NCBI RefSeq assembly: GCF_004010195.1
Contig: NC_057750.1
Location: 17,358,225 to 17,378,224 of the forward strand
DNA length: 20,000 nt
Origin: Chiloscyllium plagiosum
Taxonomy: Eukaryota
Direction: 5' to 3'
Shown: in pieces, positions 1 to 10,388 of the stretch
Numbering within the stretch: position 1 is the stretch's first letter
Layout of the letters: the number at the start of each line of letters is the position of its first letter
The notes under the pieces: model-generated
The model's input: the letters and a program-made list of their open reading frames with translations, nothing else
Told to the model about the DNA's origin: nothing
Database searches by the model: none
Made by a program: the position numbers and the translations under genes

Positions 1-2370
1 CCTTAATGTATTTATAAAAACCCTTTGGATTCTGCTTAATGCTATTGCCAAAGCTATCTCATGTCCCCTTTTTGCCCTCCTGACTTCCCTCTTAAGTATT
101 CGCCTACTGCCTTTATACTCTTCTGCCTTTATACACTCGATCTATCCTGTCTATACCTGACATATGCTTCTTTCTTTTTCTTAACCCAACTCTCAATTTC
201 TTTAGTCATCCAGCATTCCGTGTGCCTACCAGCCTTTCCTTTCACCCAAACAGGAAGATACTTTCTCTGGATTCTCGTTATCTCATTTCTGAAGGCTTCC
301 CATTTTCCAGATGTCCCTTTACCCGTGAACATCTGCCCCCAATCAGCTTTTGAAAGTTCTTGCCTAATACCATCAAAATTAGCCTTTCTCCAATTTAGAA
401 CTTAAACTTTTAGATCTGGTCTATCCTTTTCCATCATTATTTTAAATTTAATAGAATTATGGTCGCTGGCCACAAAGTGCTCACCCACAGACACCTCAGT
501 CACCTGCCCTGCCTTATTTCCCAAGAGTAGGTCACGTTTTGCACCTTCTCTAATAGGTACACCCACATACTGAATCAGAACTTGTCTTGTACACACTTAA
601 CAAATTCCTCTCCATCTAAACCTTTGACACTATGGCAGTCCCAGTCAATGTTTGGTAAGTTAAAATCCCTACCAAAACAAACCTATTATTCTTACAGATA
701 GTTGAGATCTCCTTACAAGTTTGTTTCTCAATTTCCCTCTGACTATTAGGGGGTCTATAATACAATCCCAATAAGGTGATCATCCCTTTTTTATTTCTCA
801 GTTCCCTGGATGTATATCCGGGAATATCCTCCCTCCGTACAGCTGTAATGCTATCCCTTATCAAAAACGCCATTCCCTCACCTCTCTTGCCTCCCTTTCT
901 ATCCTTCCTGTAGCATTTGTATCCTGGAACATTAAGCTGCCAGTCCTGCCCATCCCTGAGCCATGTTTCTGTAATTGCTATGATATCCCAGTCCCATGTT
1001 CCTAACCATGCCCTGAGTTCATCTGCCTTCCCTGTTACGCCCCTTGCATTGAAATAAATGCAGTTTAATTTATTAGTCCTACCTTGTCCCAGCCTGCCCT
1101 GACTGTTTGACTCACTTCTGTTCTCAACTGTACCAGTCTCAGATCGATCTCTTTCCTCACTATCTCCCTGACCTCCCCCACCCCCCCCACCTTAGTAGTT
1201 TAAATCCTCCCGAGCAACTCTAGCAAATCTCCCTGCCAGTATATTAGTCCCTTTCCAATTTAGGTGCAATCCGTCCTTCTTGTACAGGTCACTTCTACCC
1301 CAAAAGAGATTCCAATGATCCAAAAAATGTGAATTCCTCTCCCAAACACCAGCTCCTCAGCCATGCATTTATCTGCTCTATCCTCCCATTCCTGGCCTCA
1401 CTAGCTCGTAGCATCGGGAGTAATCCACATATTACTATTCTGCCTTATTTCCCAAGAGTAGGTCAAGTTTTGCACCTTCTCTAATAGGTATACCCACAAA
1501 CTGTATCATAAATTGTCTTGTACACATTTAACAAATTCCTCTCCATCTAAACCTTTGACACTATGGCAGTCCCAGTCGATGTTTGGTAAGTTAAAATCCC
1601 CTACCATAACAAACCTATTTAAATTCTTTTTAATGCCATTTCCTCAAAAAATCAGAATGGTGTATTGTTTCCCTGGTGCCAGGATCAAGGATGTTTGTGC
1701 TACGTTCCCCTGTGAATCGATCACCCCCTACATTTTCCAAAACAGCATACTTGTTTGAAATGGGGATACCACAGAAGACTCCTACACTAACTGCCTACCT
1801 CTCTTACCTTTCCTGGATTTAACCATCTATGTGACTGTATCTAAGACTCCCCTCCCCTTCCTATAACTGCCATCTATCGCGTACCGTTGCTGTTTCAAAT
1901 TCCTCTTTGTCTCTAACTGTCTCTCCAACTGATCCATTCGATCTGATAGGATTCGCAATCAACAGCATTTATTACAGATATAATCTACAGTAACCCGTAA
2001 TTCTCCTTAAACTCCTACATCTGACAAGAAGCGCATATCACTCTACTAAAGGCCATTTTTGCTTCTTCACAATCTACAGACCCAGAAAATAACACCGTCT
2101 TATTCCTCTATTTATTCCAGGTTAATTTAATAGTTATGGCTTATATTTTAAGTTTAATCAAGAGATATATCTCAAAAAACATATAATCAAGAAAGAACCC
2201 ACTCTACTCACTACTGTAGACTTTCAGTAGGCCACACTTAAAACAATTCACTTATCTGTTTCTGTGCTGTGACTTCGCCCAGTTTCTCCAAGATCAGTTG
2301 TGAATTTCACTGGTTGTTAATTTTCCCAGACTCACTCTGATGTCCAGCAAAACATGAATTCAAACAGCAA
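1..2370 (-). mobile_element. CR1-clade LINE (HER1-like), 5' part: 5'UTR, ORF1 (Zn-finger/coiled coil plus SGNH esterase) and ORF2 APE endonuclease; degenerate and internally rearranged
   Basis: Minus-strand translations: ORF1 start MAFSRVICASCQM (ATG about 2056), YICNKC..LSDRMDQLERQL, IPISNKYAVL, esterase end INAWLRSWC...DLYKKDGLHLNWKGTNILAGRF (about 1200-1435). ORF2 CIYFNARG...DIIAITETWL (about 950-1065), GLYYRPPNS, SDHNSIKFKI. Stops and frameshifts are present. The 5' boundary is approximate. Confidence 0.93.
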
Positions 2371-2420
2371 ATGATCAACAGCTTAAGCATTTCTGGGTGA
2401 CTGGCTGTGAGTTTTGGCAA

Positions 2421-2544
2421 ATAGAGTCATAGAGATGTACAGCATGGAAACAGACCCTTCGGTCCAATTCATCCATGCCGACCAGTTATCCAAACCCAGT
2501 CTAGTCCCACCTGCCAGCACCTGGCCCATATTCCTCCAAACCCT
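2421..2544 (-). mobile_element. 3'-terminal fragment of a CR1/HER1-type LINE
   Basis: ATAGAGTCATAGAG tail repeat followed by ATGTACAGCATGGAAACAGACCCTTCGGTCCAA, the same type of 3' end as the HE1 SINE tails in this window. Confidence 0.8.
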
Positions 2545-2740
2545 GTCTGCGATAGCAGTCTGAAAGGAATCAGAGTTTCCAAGTGGAAGATAGTGGTGGC
2601 TGTGCCACCAGGTCCATTTGGCAACAGGTCTTCCAGCACGTTACTGCTGTCTCCAGGGGGAAGATGATGATGCAGTGGTAATATCACTGGATGAGTAATC
2701 TAATGTAAAGCTCTGGGAACATGGGTTCAAAACCCACCAT

Positions 2741-2970
2741 CAGAGTTAAAATTAGAGTGGTGCTGGAAAAGGACAGCAGGTCAGGCAGCATCTGAGGAGC
2801 AGGAAGATCGGCGTTTCGGGCAAAAGCCCTTCATTCTCATTCCTGATGAACGGCTTTTGCCCGAACATCGACTTTCCTGCACCTCGGATGCTGCCTGACC
2901 TGCTGTACTTTTCCAGCACCACTCTAATCTTTGACTCTGATCTCCAGCATCTACAGTACTCATTTTTGCC
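2741..2970. mobile_element. Palindromic (foldback) non-autonomous element, probably Penelope-derived, with 14-bp TSD
   Basis: Arms 2741-2834 and 2846-2939 are near-perfect reverse complements. Flanked by TCAAAACCCACCAT (2727-2740) and TCAAAGCCCACCAT (2971-2984). Confidence 0.85.
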
Positions 2971-3093
2971 TCAAAGCCCACCATGGCAGCTGGTGGAATT
3001 TAACTTGATTAATAATTCTCGATTTGAAAGCTAATCTCAGTGATGGTGATTATAAAACTTCATTTATTGCTATACAAACCCATCTGGTTCACT

Positions 3094-4170
3094 ATAGAAT
3101 TGTTACAGAAGGAGATAGTTCAACCTATCATGCCAGTACCGGCTCATTAATGTAGTATCGTTACCTGGTGCCAATCTCCTTTTTTCCTATATACTTGCAC
3201 ATTATTTTTATCCAATTTAACATCCATTGCCTCAATTGAACCTGCCTCCACACATTTCCATACCCTGTTGACTTGCTGAGTAAAACTGTTTTCCCTCATG
3301 TTACCTTTGCTTCCTTTGTAGATCACTTTAAATCTATGCCTTCTTGTCCTTGATCGTTTTAAGAGTGGGAACAGTTTCTCACTATATGGTATACTCTGTC
3401 CAACCGAGAAATGACTTTCGAAATCTTTCCTCTCAGCCTTCTTCTTCCAAGGAGATCATTTCCAACTTCTTCAGTCTATCCTCATAACTGAAGTTTCTCA
3501 TCTCTGGAACCATTCTTGTAAAGCACTCCTGCTGTCTCTCCAATGCATTCATGTCTTTCCCAAAATGTGGTGCCCAGAACTATACACAATATTCCAGCTC
3601 TTTAACAAGAGTTTTACAAAAGTTCAATGTCACCACCTTGCTCTTGCGCTCCATGCCCCTATTAATAAAGCTGAGGATACTGTATGCTTTATTAAGTTCT
3701 CTCTCCACCTGTTCTGCCACCTTAAATGGTCTGTTGTCCTACATTCAGGCCCCTCTGCTCCTGCATTCTTTTAGAATTTTATATTGTCTTTCAATGTTCT
3801 TCTGATCAAAATGTATCACCTCATACCTCTCTGCATTAAACCTAATCTGCACCTATCTGCCCACTCCACCAACACTGTCCTCTTCACAGTTTATAAATCT
3901 TCCAAGTTTTGTATCATCTGCAAATTTGAAAATTGCCCCTGCACACAAAAACCTAGATCATTAATATATATCAGGCAAAGCAGAGGTTCCAATACTGAGC
4001 CCTGAGGAACTCCACTACAAATCTTCCTCCAGCCTGAAAAGTATCCATTCAGCATTACTGTCTGTTTCCTATCACTCAGCCCATTTTTGTATCCAGTTTG
4101 CTACTGACTCTTTTATTGCACGACCTATGACCTCCTTCAGAAGTCTGTTATGTGGCATTGTTTCAAAAGC
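3094..4170 (-). mobile_element. 5'-truncated CR1 LINE (RT C-terminal half plus 3' end), degenerate
   Basis: Minus-strand RT motifs [32 protein letters not shown] (about 3955-4017) and KFADDTKLG (about 3900-3927). Confidence 0.9.
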
Positions 4171-4196
4171 AGAACCTTTCTATTAAGGTAGTTCTT

Positions 4197-4486
4197 GATT
4201 AGATTAGATCCCCTACAGTGTGGAAACAGGCCCTTCGGCCCAACCAGTCCACACTGACCCTCCGAAGAGTAAACCACCCAGACCCATTTTCCCTTTGACT
4301 AATGCACCTAACACTATGGGCAATTTAGCGTGGCCAATTCACCTGACCTGCACATCTTTGGATTGTGGGAGGAAACCCACGCAGACACGTGGAGAATGTA
4401 CAAACTCCACACAGACAGATGCCTGAGGCTGGAAATGAACCTAGGACCCTGGTGCTGTGAGGCAGTAGTGCTAACCACTGAGCCAC
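4197..4486 (-). mobile_element. HE1-type SINE (V-SINE)
   Basis: Reverse complement of GTGGCTCAGTGGTTAGCACT head, V-domain GTGGAGTTTGTACATTCTCC, and CCTGTTTCCACACTGTAG plus TCTAA-repeat tail. Confidence 0.92.
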
Positions 4487-4564
4487 TTGTTAGGGAAGGA
4501 AATCTGCTGTCCTTACCTAGTCTGGCCTACATGTGACTCCAAACGCAAAGCAATTGAGTTAACT

Positions 4565-4706
4565 GTTGAGTTCCGAAGAAGTGTTACTGAACTCAAAAAA
4601 TTGACCCTATCTTCTCTCCACAGTTGCTGCTAGACCTACTAAGTTTCTCCAGCAATTTCAGTTTTTCTTTCAGATTTCCAGCATCCACAGTTCTTTGTTT
4701 TTTTTT
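4565..4706 (+). mobile_element. Penelope-related short element (single arm), degenerate
   Basis: AGTTCCGAAGAAG...TCTCTCCACAGTTGCTGCTAGACCTACTAAGTTTCTCCAGCA...TTTCAGATTTCCAGCATCCACAG; same tail family as 2890-2960 and 12727-12795. Confidence 0.7.
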
Positions 4707-5769
4707 CATTTAGTAGTTGGCTCTTTTCTGCTGCCTGAAATGGCTGTATCAAAATGCTTAGCTCCAGGGCAATTAGGGATGGGCAACAGATGCTGGCTGT
4801 GCCAGAAATGCCCACATCCCATGAAGAGCCAAAATAAAAAGCCCTGACCGCAAAATCCTTGATCTGACCTCTTTAACAAATCTCCACACCTGTCTGAAAC
4901 TGGTCCAGCTGAGAATCTACGACTTTGACATGCACAGGAAGCTTTCATCTGCCTGTACCTGGGTGCTCCATTGTGTTAAACCTGTCTGCTACAGGTCTGT
5001 AAGCAGCACTCTGTAGCCCTAGCTTGTTCTATTACTGAATCTTACCTGAGGTCCAACATATTGCAGCATGAGCAACAGCCAAGGTAGGCTGACAGAGTTC
5101 CAGAATGTATATTGTAGAAAGCACCTCTAGAGCTGTAAAACTAATATGTAAGGAACTTGTGGTGCAGGAAGGTAAGAAAGCCACTGTGAAATGTCATTAT
5201 TCATTGGTATCTTTCCCTGACATTTCCTCAATGCTTTCCATTCACATTGTTTACTCGCCAGCTATTACTAACTACCTCCAGAAAGCCAGGGAAACTCATG
5301 AACCCATGATTAAAGAACAAAAACATTTTAACTTTTCTGTAATTGACCTAATTGTCTAGTGAAGAGCCACATTTCTGAAATGTACAGGATATTTCTTTCT
5401 GCGCAAGTATTGCCAGAGATGTTTAGGAATTCCCTAACACTTGTTTTTCCTTCAGTTTTCCAATAATCATAATATTTTATTTTATTGAAGGTGGCTAACC
5501 CTTTAATGGTCCCTTTAAACTGTCAGTCAGAGTGGGAAATCAAACACCTTGCTGAAATAGTTGTAGCTTTTGAAACTCAGCCAAGCATTCAAAATGATAT
5601 AATAGTGGCCCTTAGGGAAATGTGAGTGGAGACCTCTGTTGAAACTGTGTAATCAGGTGATAATCTTTTACCAACCAATAGCAAATGCTTTGTTAATTTA
5701 AGCAGTTCTGTAACTTTTTTTAAAAAAATTAAAAGTTTTTAAATTCTCACTGACAGCTTTCATTACACA

Positions 5770-6070
5770 GTGGCACAGTGGTTAGCACTGCTGCCTCACA
5801 GCGCCAGAGACCCGGGTTCAGTTCCCACCTCAGGCGACTCTGTGTGGAGTTTGCACGTTCTCCCCGTGTCTGCGTGGGTTTCCTCCAGGTGCTCCGGTTT
5901 CCTCCCACAGTCCAAAAATGTGCAGGTTAGGTGAATTGGCCACGCTAAATTGCCCGTAGTGTTAGGTAAGGGGCAAATGTATGGGTGGGTTGCGCTTCGG
6001 CGGGTCGGTGTGGACTTGTTGGGCCGAAGGGCCTGTTTCCACACTGTAAAGTAATCTAATCTAATCTAAT
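5770..6070 (+). mobile_element. HE1-type SINE, near full length
   Basis: GTGGCACAGTGGTTAGCACTGCTGCCTCACAGCGCCAGAGACCCGGGTTCA (A/B boxes), V-domain, and CCTGTTTCCACACTGT plus (TCTAA)n tail. Confidence 0.95.
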
Positions 6071-6500
6071 TACAATCCTCAGACCATGCACCTAAAAACA
6101 CCTTATTGACCCTTCATGATTGTACACATCTGCTTTATAAATTTGTGACTCTCACATTTTGAGAGTCTTTGCAAACACCAAATTGGGGTCTGTCTGAACT
6201 CAGCACTAAGTTCAAATGGCCCTGATGAGCATGGCATTCCTTCTTATGTGAATCACACTTCTCTCCTTTTCCCACAGTGACTAAAATTGGAGCTGTAAGA
6301 AATGGGAATTTGATTTTGCACCCACTCCATTTAAAAGCGTGCAACGTCCTCCCCAGACGGTGAAGGTGTGATCCTCGAGGTGTCACCACACTTTTAAAGT
6401 TGTCTGATTATTTTGGTCTGGAAGAGAAATCCATCACAGATGGTGTCTTCACACCTGAAAGACATTGAATTCGAGGAACACTGCTAACCATCAGAATGAT

Positions 6501-6716
6501 GCTGGAAGAACACAGAAAGGCAGGCAGCATCAGGAGGGAGAGGGAACACAGCAAGGCAGGCAGCATCAGGAGGCTGGGGGAACACAGCAAGCCAGGCAGC
6601 ATCAGGAGGCTGGGGAAACACAGCAAGCCAGGAAGCATCAGGAGGCTGGGGGAATGCAGCAAGGCAGGCAGCATCAGGAGGCTGGGGGAACACAGCAAAG
6701 CAGGCAGCATCAGGAA
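6501..6716 (+). repeat. 36-bp minisatellite, 6 copies, inside a foldback element (about 6497-6785)
   Basis: Unit approximately GCTGGGGGAACACAGCAAGGCAGGCAGCATCAGGAG x6. Followed by an inverted partial unit (6717-6746) and the TCCAGTATCTGCAG tail. It explains the 12-aa-periodic ORFs on both strands. Confidence 0.93.
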
Positions 6717-6989
6717 GCCTTGCTGTGTTCCCTCAGCCTCCTGCCTGTCTATTTTGGATTCCAGTATCTGCAGTTTGTTTGTCTCCGAACAATCAGAATG
6801 AGCCTGATTTTCTGTGCTCCTGACTGGAGGGTGGGTGTCACCTGCCCTGCCCACATTCTTCACAATTGTGAACTGCTGACTCAACACAGACTGGGGAACA
6901 GAATTTGATAATCTTCTGATATGTATTAAAGACAGGCTTCCATTTCAATAGCATCTTTAAACCTTGGAACAGCTAAAAGCATTTACCAC

Positions 6990-7333
6990 CATCTTTTGAA
7001 ATGCAGTCACTGTCACAATGTAAGAGGCACAGCAGCTGATAGGTGCACACTAGGCTCCCACAAACATTGACCTGATAATGACCAGATGCTCTACTGGGAC
7101 TAGTCAGGATATTGGGGAGACGTCCCCTGTTCCTTTCAAAGTGGTATCATCGGATCTTTTATTACCCCCTGAGAATTTCATTTGAACTTATACAATCCAA
7201 AGAAGGCACCTCCAACAGTGAAGCACCCTGTCAGCACCGCACTAGGATATTCACCCTTCAGCCTGATTTCAAAACCAGAATAGGGGCTTAAACCGGAGCC
7301 TTCTGAGGTGATGGCAGGACTCTCTGAGTCATA
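6990..7333 (-). mobile_element. Old Deu-domain SINE (SacSINE1/AmnSINE-like), degenerate
   Basis: TTTTGAAATGCAGTCACTGTCACAATGTA...AAAGAAGGCACCTCCAACAGTGAAGCACCCTGTCAGCACCGCACT...TCAGCCTGATT resembles the reverse-complemented Deu-SINE body, judged from memory. Confidence 0.65.
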
Positions 7334-7785
7334 GTTAATCCAAAAGATGGGGCGTTATAATTCTGAGGAACGCAGGGGACAAGCAAAAGGCAAAGCCAAA
7401 TTAAACACGGAGTCAGTCTTGAATAGTTTGTTGGGAAGCTTGTGGGGAATAGGCTTCTGCTTCTTGCTCAAGGATTTCTTTTTTGGAAGATTTTATAACG
7501 AGACACAATGTGCAAGGAAAAGGCAGGAGCCATGGCACTAAGTTAGAATGCTCATTTGAAGAGCCAGTATGGACATGTTGGACTGAATGGCCTCTTTCTG
7601 CTTATTCCGTGATCCCCTCTCAGTGAAAGCTAACAGGTAGAGCTGACCTCTCCCCTACACTGTTGGCTTCACCTCAGTGATTTTAGACATTGCGATTTGA
7701 CACTGACTCGATTGTTTGGATTCAGCTTGGAACAAACCCTGACAAACAGCTAGACGTTGTAACATGCTGCTTGGTCTGGTTTCAG

Positions 7786-7930
7786 AGTCACGGAAGACGC
7801 TCGGGAAAATGAGATGGAGGAAAACCTGGACCAGGTGGGAAGCATCATCGGCAACCTGCGACACATGGCTCTCGACATGAGCAATGAGATTGGTTCCCAG
7901 AATGCCCAGATTGACCGGATTGTGGTCAAG
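7786..7930 (+). CDS. snap25: SNAP-25-family protein, penultimate coding exon (145 bp; start of C-terminal Qc SNARE motif)
   Basis: Acceptor tttcag|A and donor AAG|gtaaga. Translates (R)[48 protein letters not shown]. The 145-bp length and phase match the equivalent vertebrate SNAP25 exon. The exact paralogue is uncertain. Confidence 0.96.
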
Positions 7931-8385
7931 GTAAGAGTTTAAATGTACTCACCAGGAATCCTGGGTGAAAAGTGAAACTCCGGGAATCCAGGGCACTACC
8001 CAAGGTGGAAAAGAATAAAAGAGGAATGCTTTAACCACTTAGTAACAGCAGACTCGCATTTTGAGAACCTGTGCATGTTTGGGGAAGGAATCGACAAGGC
8101 TGGAGGGCAGTGGTTGGGGTCTCTGTCAACTTACCTTCACCCTACTTAAGTCTAGTGTTGGAAGCTCTGTCGAGCTGCCCTACTGAGGCTGTTAAGAGGG
8201 CAATTAATGTTCACTAAAACATCTATTTTGATCAGGCTCCATTTGAGGGGATTTTTATGCGTTTATTTTCTGAGCTAAAGTTTTCCACTTTCAGTCAGAT
8301 TCAGGAGTATATTGAAAGGCGCTGGAGGAATATGGATGGCTGCTGGTCGGGGGAGAGACATTGAAAGAAACCTAGGAAAGAGTGG

Positions 8386-8680
8386 GAAACATGAGTACTG
8401 GGAGCAGGAATATGCAAGTCAGCCCCTGCAGCCTGCCCCCCCCATTTAATACCATCATGGCTGATCTCATCTCAGCCTCAACTCTACTTTCCAGCTTACT
8501 CTCCACAACCCCTCAACCCATTACTAATCGAAAATCAGTCCATCTCCTCCTCAAATGTATTCAATGCCCAGCATCCGTCATACTCTGGGGAAGTGAATTC
8601 CACAGATCGATGAAACTTTGAGAGAAATAATTTCTCCTCGTCTCTATTTTAAATCTGCTACCCCTTATGCTAAATGACCT
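8386..8680 (-). mobile_element. CR1 LINE 3'-end fragment, degenerate
   Basis: GGAGCAGGAATATG..CAGCCCCTGCAGCCTGCCCC..CCATTTAATACCATCATGGCTGATC...GAATTCCACAGAT...ATTTCTCCTCGTCTC is a typical shark CR1 3' end in reverse. Confidence 0.75.
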
Positions 8681-9421
8681 CTTGAGAAGTGCAATTCTCT
8701 TGCATTCGAACGACTCAAGATTAAATTTAGTCCTTCAGAACCCACAATGCCACAGGAAGATTGATGTGGGATATGGAGCAGGGTCTCATCAGTACAGTCA
8801 GGAAAGGAGGGATCTTTCTGAGGTTTGTGCTGAGTCATTGTTGGCTGCGACTCAAAATGAGGGTGATGACCTAGCTGGCAGTGTTGGCAGCAGATGGTTG
8901 AACCAAGGAGATGTCTGCTCCTTCCTCCCATATTGAGGTCCCTCGTCCTGATGAGCAAACATTCAGCAACAAATAAAATGGAGCATTCAGAACCTTGCTG
9001 TGAACTGCTTGTGCAGCGATACCCGCCAACAAACCTCAGCTTCAAGCAATATCATCCCTGAGGTGGCAAGTTTAACAAATTCCCAGGGAGCACTCATTGA
9101 GTTGCTAAAGTATCATTTTCTTTTTGGCTTTATTGTGTCTCACATGCCTTTTCATTGTAATCCAGCAGATTCTGGTGTGAGCGTTCCCACTGTTCACTAG
9201 CACGAGTACCTTGTAAAGAAACATTCTCCCTCTATTTGAGTTCCTTGAGGGTGAAACCAGAGGCTGATGTCCAGCAGCCCCACCCCCAGAGCATTGTGGG
9301 TGTACTTACACCAAATGGACTGCAACTTGCTGGCAGGCATCTCAACACTACATTCTCAGGAAGCAATCAGAACTCGGCTTTAGATGTTAGCCCAGCCAGC
9401 AATGCCCATATCCATTAATGG

Positions 9422-10046
9422 TGTCACAAAGCTAGTCCCTTTTTTTCTAAAAGCTGTTCCTTGGCTCAAGAAGACTCTGTCCTTGATTTTTTCAGAGGGG
9501 TAATAAACCGGGCCGGGCTCCAATCTGTCTGGTTTCATACAGCGATAAAGGGTATTGAAAGGCCTTTATTGTTTATATGTAAACAGATGAGACTTCCAGC
9601 CAAAGTGGTCATGTTTTAGAAGTGACCTGTATAATGAAAGGGGAGTGTTCAGCTCTCTAGCTGAGCTGAGCCATTTAGTTCAGTCCAGAACTGGTTGGGA
9701 GTTCATCAGGGAGCTGTGTGGAAACTCTCTTCTAACTTCAACCTGTAAGCATGTGTTCCATTTATACTGGTTTTTGAAGCGAGTTTGCTTATTGGGGACT
9801 GTTGCGTATACTCAGAACAGCATAATTAAGTCTAGTTTGGATCGACTGAGTTCTGTAGGGGTTCTTTATTTTATTCTGTGTAGTTTTCATTGTGTAGTTT
9901 TGTGATTAAATTTTTTATCTGTTTTAAACCTGGTAGTCAACCTCGCCAACTTACCCCGGGTAATTTTCACTGTACACTTACAGAGACAAATTACAAAGTT
10001 ATGGTCTGGGCTGCCTGTTTTGTGTGGTCTGGCCTAGTCCATAACA
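9422..10046 (+). mobile_element. Solo LTR (Ty3/Gypsy-type), 625 bp
   Basis: Begins TGTCAC and ends ATAACA (TG...CA), with an exact 4-bp TSD ATGG at 9418-9421 and 10047-10050. ATTAAA at 9905-9910 suggests plus orientation. Confidence 0.85.
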
Positions 10047-10328
10047 ATGGAGCCACTATCGCCATCATTGTGGGAAATTGTGATCATCCTTGTATGATCG
10101 CTGGAGCAAGTAGAAATGTAGTGATTGCATCACATGATAGTTACTGATGAGGAAGGCCATTCAGTCAATCGTAATTCATCCATCCAGAACTGTACTGCCA
10201 TCATTGCTACATATGTATCTGTTTCAAATAATTGAAGGATTTTTCACACACACACACTCACATGCCAGCTCTTTCAGAGCAACAATTGCTGTTCTGCTCA
10301 TTTCAGTTTTGTCTGTTTTCCTTTCCAG

Positions 10329-10388
10329 GGGGATATGAACAAAGCTCGCATCGATGAAGCCAATAAGCACGCCACCAAGATGCTGTGA
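10329..10388 (+). CDS. snap25: SNAP-25-family protein, last coding exon
   Basis: Polypyrimidine tract ttttgtctgttttcctttccag|GGG, phase 0. Translates GDMNKARIDEANKHATKML* (TGA 10386-10388), in frame with the previous exon. Confidence 0.96.
   Translation, partial: GDMNKARIDEANKHATKML

Larger units (their letters stand above)
2672..4840 (+). mobile_element. tRNA-derived shark SINE (non-HE1) split into 4 pieces (2672-2740, 2971-3093, 4490-4564, about 4730-4840) by nested insertions
   Basis: A/B-box-like GCAGTGGTAA...ATGGGTTCAAAACCCACC, then ATGGCAGCTGGTGGAATT...CCCATCTGGTTCACTA | TTAGGGAAGGAAATCTGCTGTCCTTACC...ATGTGACTCC | GGGCAATTAGGGATGGGCAA...CCCACATCCCATGAA plus an A-rich tail. The order matches a common chondrichthyan repeat as I recall it. 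Confidence 0.75.

Noticed and set aside
4220..6044. ORFs with GNLAWPIHLTCTSLDCGRKP-like peptides (also at 14521-14733 and 17399-17689)
   Set aside because: Translations of HE1 SINE sequence, not genes.
6408..6908. Overlapping ORFs of up to 159 aa on both strands; repeat array superficially CRISPR-like
   Set aside because: These are by-products of a stop-free 36-bp tandem repeat. There are no unique spacers or cas genes, and the context is eukaryotic.
1..7785. Search for the preceding SNAP-25 linker exon (WGNNQDGVV-type)
   Set aside because: Not found by eye; it probably lies upstream of the window, so this region is treated as intron.
7655..7864. Minus-strand ORF overlapping the SNAP exon
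   Set aside because: Antisense shadow of the real coding exon.
8665..9418. Several 60-126 aa ORFs in the last SNAP intron
   Set aside because: No recognisable domain or convincing splice-phase support; likely decayed repeat or neutral intron.
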